Of a stretch of 64,000 nt of DNA, positions 59,448-64,000 are shown in pieces. The translations under genes were made by a program, and so were the position numbers. The notes beneath the pieces were generated by a model that saw nothing but the letters and a program-made list of their open reading frames with translations, searched no databases and was not told the DNA's origin. The DNA comes from Blepharisma stoltei ATCC 30299. Taxonomy: Eukaryota; Protista; Ciliophora. The stretch covers positions 372,001 through 436,000 of the forward strand of contig CBFDEM010000025.1 of the NCBI GenBank assembly GCA_965603825.1, in the 5' to 3' direction. The first letter of the stretch is position 1, and each line of letters begins with the position of its first letter.

Positions 59448-59870
59448 TTACAATTCCCCAAAGGAAATAACTGCCCAGTACCCGCTCCATTTATGACAGA
59501 AGTCAATACTCAGCATGGCTATGCCTATAATTGATCCAATGAGTATAGCAATACCCAGAGCAGTTGCGGATGCTGACCACTTTGAAATTTTAGCTCTATC
59601 AATGCTAAAGGCAACTATCATGAAGATCTCAACTGGGACCGCAATGCTCAAGGCCAAGATCATACAGCCATAATATTTTCCTTCATAGTCGTCAAACAAT
59701 GTCTGAGTTGACTTTTTGCTTCCTGAGTCGGTGTCTTCAAAGCCGAAATACAATAAACCTTCTAGCAATAGCTCAAAGATGACAACTTCTACAAACTTGA
59801 ATAGCCTTGCTAGTCTTAAAAATGAGGGACAATGATACAAAATTCCAAAGAACAAGTTTATATTTTTCAA
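59448..59870 (-). pseudogene. Isolated C-terminal multi-TM module of the REJ/PKD-like surface-protein family
   Basis: LFFGILYHCPSFLRLARLF followed by 3-4 hydrophobic helices; no proper upstream exon; paralogous to about 55980-56340. Confidence 0.5.
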
Positions 59871-61477
59871 AAAAAAAGATTTTATATTTATCGCCTAAGC
59901 CAAAAGGAAGGCTATAGCGAAAATTAAAAAAGACTTCCCGACAATTTTTAAAAAATATCTCTAAAACGCACATTTACAGAAGAGGTAATAGCGCATAAAA
60001 TTGTATTGAAAATTTATATTTTCAAAATGTTTTCACCACAATGTCAATCGATTAGGGGAGATAGAAGAGTATAATCAGCACAAAATTTCTAATCAGCATA
60101 AGAAATCAGTGAGCTTTCATAAAAAAATATAGATTATAAATCTTAGACTTATTTTTAGTAAAATTTCGCAAAATTCAAAACTTTAGACTCTTCAATTGTT
60201 TTCAACAATTTTTTAAGAATTCTTCTTTTGATCTATAATTAGTTTTAAGCTCAATATTTAGCTTTTAGTAACGTATTTGGCAATAATTTAGCATTTTACA
60301 TGATTCAATACATTTTGGGCCATTCTAGATCTATCCATCTGAAGAAACTAAGCCGAAAGTTTTTGAGTAAGAATAATTTTAATAGGAATCATCTCCTATA
60401 AAGCAGAAAAATTTTGCAACTGATGGCCAAATTATGAAAGCTTTTTAAATTCTTTCGAACTTATGCTTTCTGATTCAAATAAACCATAAAACTAAAAATT
60501 AGATAATTAATATGCAATCACTTGAATAAATTAATTCATAATATTAAGATAATGCCCATATAAAATCTTATGAGCAACAATTAGATAGCCCGCTCTGTAG
60601 CTCCCCAAAGTATTATTACCGAAAAATCAAGCTAAGTAATATCCTCTGCTCATAAAGATCCAAAAATCTACATTAAATATCAAAAAAACCTTATTAAGCT
60701 GCAAATTGTGAAGGCCTTAAAATTCACTTACAATCTAAACTAATTTTAAATTTTGGTTGAGTGTAATGATTATGGTCCTAATAATTCTAATTATCTGCAA
60801 TTTATGCATTTTTAAACCAAATTTTGAATGGGTAATAAAATGGCCAACTTTTTCAAGTTTATACCTCTTATTGCCTTTCAGCTTATTTATAGTGACGGGC
60901 ATGAGCCAAACATCATGATAAAAGACCCCAAATTTGACCTATACGAAAATACCTTGAGATCCATGGTCCAAAGAGGTGGCGAAGTTAATAAAAATGAGAT
61001 GAAATTAGGCGATATTGGCGCGCTGAGATTACTTCCAAAGCTACCCAGAATCTGATTGAAGGTGATACTAATTATAACAACGGGGAAAATTCTGCAAAAA
61101 TATAAAGTAAAGGTGCTGATAGATATACCCAAAAAAATGGCATCATTAATAGCAGGGATGAACAAAATAAAAAAATAGGAGAAATTCAATGGAAAAAAAC
61201 TTTGAAATAGCCCCAAATTTTAACCAAGCAGCATCTTATAAAACTAATATCAGTGAAGCAGAAAGACGCTTGGATCCATCAGCGTGTGACCCTGGAAAGT
61301 ACCAGACATAGGTGATTGTGCTGATTGTCAACCTCCTGCTCTAAATGCTCCGCAGCAGCTACAAATTGTGACGAATGTGTCCATTCTGATCATATGGATT
61401 TTGGCACAAATTCTTGCAAATGCAAAGACCCAATGCTAATTTCAGTACTGATATTTTTCGGTGTGCCTGCAAGGCAG

Positions 61478-62560
61478 GATTCTATTCAAATGGCCAAGGC
61501 ACTTGCACTACATGCACAACATCATGCTCAAAATATTCCACAACTGGTACAACTTGTAATAAATGCGACGATTCTGCTCATATGACTCATGATGCAAGCA
61601 CAAAAACATGCACTTGTACTGATGCCAATGCTTCTTTTGATACCACATCTTTTAAATGTGCCTGTAATACAGGATTTTACTTAAATGACCAAGGCGCTTG
61701 TACTGCATGCATAGTCCATGCTCTTCATGTGATTCAGCTACTTTTTGTACTGCATGTCAAGGTTCAAGCCATATGACGTATGATTCTGCAGAAGGAAGAT
61801 GCACATGCGCTGATACCAAGTCTTCTTTTGATACTATAGTCAACTAGGTTGACTATATTACTCTTAAATGTGCTTGCAATACAGGATTTTACTTAAATGA
61901 CCAAGACACTTGTACTGCATGCACAGCGCCATGCTCTTCATAGAATTCAGCTACCTTTTGCACTGCCTGTGAAGATGCAAGCCATATGGCTCTTAATTCA
62001 GCTGCAGAAACGTGCACATGTGCAGATATCCATGCTTCTTTTGATGAAGCGTCTCTTAAATGTACCTGCAGCACAGGATTTTACTTAAATGACAAAGTCG
62101 CTTGCACTGCATGTGCATGCCTGTGCTCTTCATGATCAAATTCAGCTACTTTTTGTACTGCTTGTGAAGATTCAACTCATATGACCTTTGACTCAGCTGC
62201 AGGAACGTGCACGTGCTCTGATTTCAAGGCTTCTTTTGATGCTGCTACCCTTCTATGCACCTGCAATGCAGGATTTTTTCAAATAGCCAAAATACTTGCA
62301 TTGCATGCACCACTCCATGCTCTTGATGCTCAAATTCAGCTACTTCTTGTACTGCCTGCGATGATTCAACCCATATGGCTTTCAGCTCGGCTGCAGGCAC
62401 CTGTACATGTACTGATATCAATACTCCTTTTGATACTACAACTCTTCTATGTGCCTGCTGTGCTGGATTTTACTTAAATGACCAAGACACTTGCATTGCA
62501 TGCATAAACCATGCTCTTCATGCAATTCAGCTACAGTTTGTAAGGGATGTATCGATGGCT
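61478..62560 (+). repeat. Diverged tandem repeat, about 192-195-bp unit, about 5-6 copies
   Basis: The anchor GGATTTTACTTAAATGAC or a variant recurs at about 61478, 61672, 61884, 62076, 62271 and 62465. Confidence 0.8.
61835..61857. repeat. Perfect 10-bp inverted repeat (3-nt loop) forming a TA-bounded 21-nt insertion
   Basis: TATAGTCAAC-TAG-GTTGACTATA; absent from sister repeat units. Removing 21 nt restores GAT ACT ATT ACT CTT. Confidence 0.8.
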
Positions 62561-62609
62561 GCTATTTAGATTCCACAACTTGTAAAGCTTGCACTAATCA
62601 ATGCGCTAA

Positions 62610-64000
62610 TTGCTCTTCAGCACAGGTACTAGCAAACCAACAGTTTATGAAAATCAAAAAGATGATGAGCCTCAGAAAGATATTCCACTAAAATCAAATA
62701 AAGCAAGCCCATTGGAAGCAGAATCCAGAAATGATGGAAAGTTTATAAAAGACAAAAGCATTATTCACCATAAAGATAAAAGAGAATGAAGGAATGACAT
62801 ACAATCCGAAAAAGTTAGCAATAGCTCTACCCATAATGAAGATGAAAGAAATACTGTAAAGAAGCTAGAAAGGCGTTTAGCGTGTACAGACGGGCAAAAT
62901 CATTGTCAGACATGTTCAGGTGATGACTGCACCCAATGCGACTCAACTGATTACGCATTAACATCGTCATCACCAGTAGTTTGCTCGCCTAAATGCACAG
63001 CTGGCTCAAACGGGTGCGCAACTTGCACAGATGACACTACTTGCGGGTCTTGCACTTCAGAAAGCGACGCAGTATCTTCAACTTCTCCAAACACTTGCTC
63101 CGCAAAATGTACAGCTGGCTCAAACGGCTGCGCAACTTGCTCAGATACTACTACTTGCGGGTCTTGCACTTCAAAATACGACGAAGTATCTTCAACTTCT
63201 CCAAACACTTGCTCAACTAAAAAATGCACAGCTGGCTCAAACGGCTGCGCAACTTGCACAGATGACACTACTTGCGCGTCTTGCACTTCAGAAAGCGACG
63301 CAGTATCTTCAGCATATCCAATTGCTTGCTTACCTAAATGCACAGTTGGCTCAAACGGCTGCGCAACTTGCCCAGATGACACTACTTGCGGGTCTTGCAC
63401 TTCAGAAAGCGACGCAGTATCTTCAACTTCTCCAAACACTTGCTCCGCAAAATGTACAGCTGGCTCAAACGGGTGCGCAACTTGCACAAATGACACTACT
63501 TGCGGGTCTTGCACTTCAGAAAGCGACGCAGTATCTTCAACTTCTCCAAACACTTGCTCCGCAAAATGTACAGTTGGCTCAAACGGGTGCGCAACTTGCA
63601 CAGATGACACTACTTGCGCGTCTTGCACTTCAGAAAGCGACGCAGTATCTTCAACTTCTCCAAACACTTGCTCCGCAAAATGTACAGTTGGCTCAAACGG
63701 GTGCGCAACTTGCACAGATGACACTACTTGCGGGTCTTGCACTTCAGAAAGCGACGCAGTATCTTCAACTTCTCCAAACACTTGCTCCGCAAAATGTACA
63801 GTTGGCTCAAACGGGTGCGCAACTTGCACAGATGACACTACTTGCGCGTCTTGCACTTCAGAAAGCGACGCAGTATCTTCAACTTCTCCAAACACTTGCT
63901 CTCCAAAATGCACAGATGGCTCAAACGGCTGTGAGACTTGCACAGATAGCACTACTTGCGGGTTTTGCACTTCAACAAGCGACGCAGTATCTTCAACATC
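62610..64000 (+). CDS. Open but start-less frame encoding pro-region + ERRL + 38-aa six-Cys repeats (surface-antigen-like); runs off window end
   Basis: No TAA/TAG from 62610 to 64000 (one TGA at 62787) and no in-frame ATG. KKLERRLACTDG, then repeats of KCTAGSNGCATCTDDTTCGSCTSESDAVSSTSPNTCSA. Confidence 0.6.
62991..64000 (+). repeat. 114-bp coding tandem repeat, 8 full units + 1 partial
   Basis: Units start at 62991, 63105 (117 bp), 63222, 63336, 63450, 63564, 63678, 63792 and 63906; units 5-8 are nearly identical. Confidence 0.95.

Larger units (their letters stand above)
60828..62625 (+). pseudogene. Frameshifted Cys-rich surface-protein gene (signal peptide, pro-region, ERRL, about 64-aa Cys repeats)
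   Basis: MANFFKFIPLIAFQLIYSDG signal; GAA AGA CGC TTG (ERRL) at 61261; repeats GFYLNDQxxCTACxxPCSSCxSATFCTAC...CTC...SFD...C.C with multiple 1-nt indels and a TAG. Confidence 0.75.

Noticed and set aside
62951-63970. 339-aa minus-strand repeat ORF
   Set aside because: Antisense shadow of the Cys-rich plus-strand repeat; the plus frame has the coherent CxxC pattern and continues beyond the repeat.
62991-64000. CRISPR-like array
   Set aside because: Contiguous 114-bp coding units with no unique spacers, no cas genes, eukaryotic context.

Overview
AT-rich, gene-dense eukaryotic DNA that reads as the macronuclear (somatic) genome of a heterotrich ciliate, most like Blepharisma. Two signals support this. 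In-frame TGA aligns with conserved Trp in many proteins while TAA/TAG terminate, and every intron found is a 15-nt GTAA...AG spliceosomal intron. Re-reading TGA as Trp and removing five 15-nt introns turns the fragmented ORF track into about 24 intact genes in 1-52.9 kb. These include two CDPK-type kinases, three tandem P4-ATPase/guanylyl-cyclase fusions, a divergent beta-like tubulin only 21 bp head-to-head from WDR90/POC16, V-ATPase B, CCT-alpha, ZC3HC1/NIPA, a hybrid histidine kinase, a NOL9-like protein lacking a P-loop, an aftiphilin-like protein, glyoxalase II, Tctex1, a TPR protein, RPL26 and a WD40 protein. From about 53 kb the sequence becomes an accessory region of decayed Cys-rich/REJ-PKD-like surface-protein genes, with a probable non-LTR reverse-transcriptase remnant, a tiny TA-bounded palindromic insertion and a young 114-bp coding repeat running off the window end. 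The most novel leads are: (i) one cyclase paralog uses TGA for none of its 18 Trp codons while its two neighbours carry about 13 and 9; (ii) the tubulin/WDR90 pair; (iii) the surface-protein cassette graveyard. All homology calls are from recalled motifs and all counts are by hand; no database search was run.
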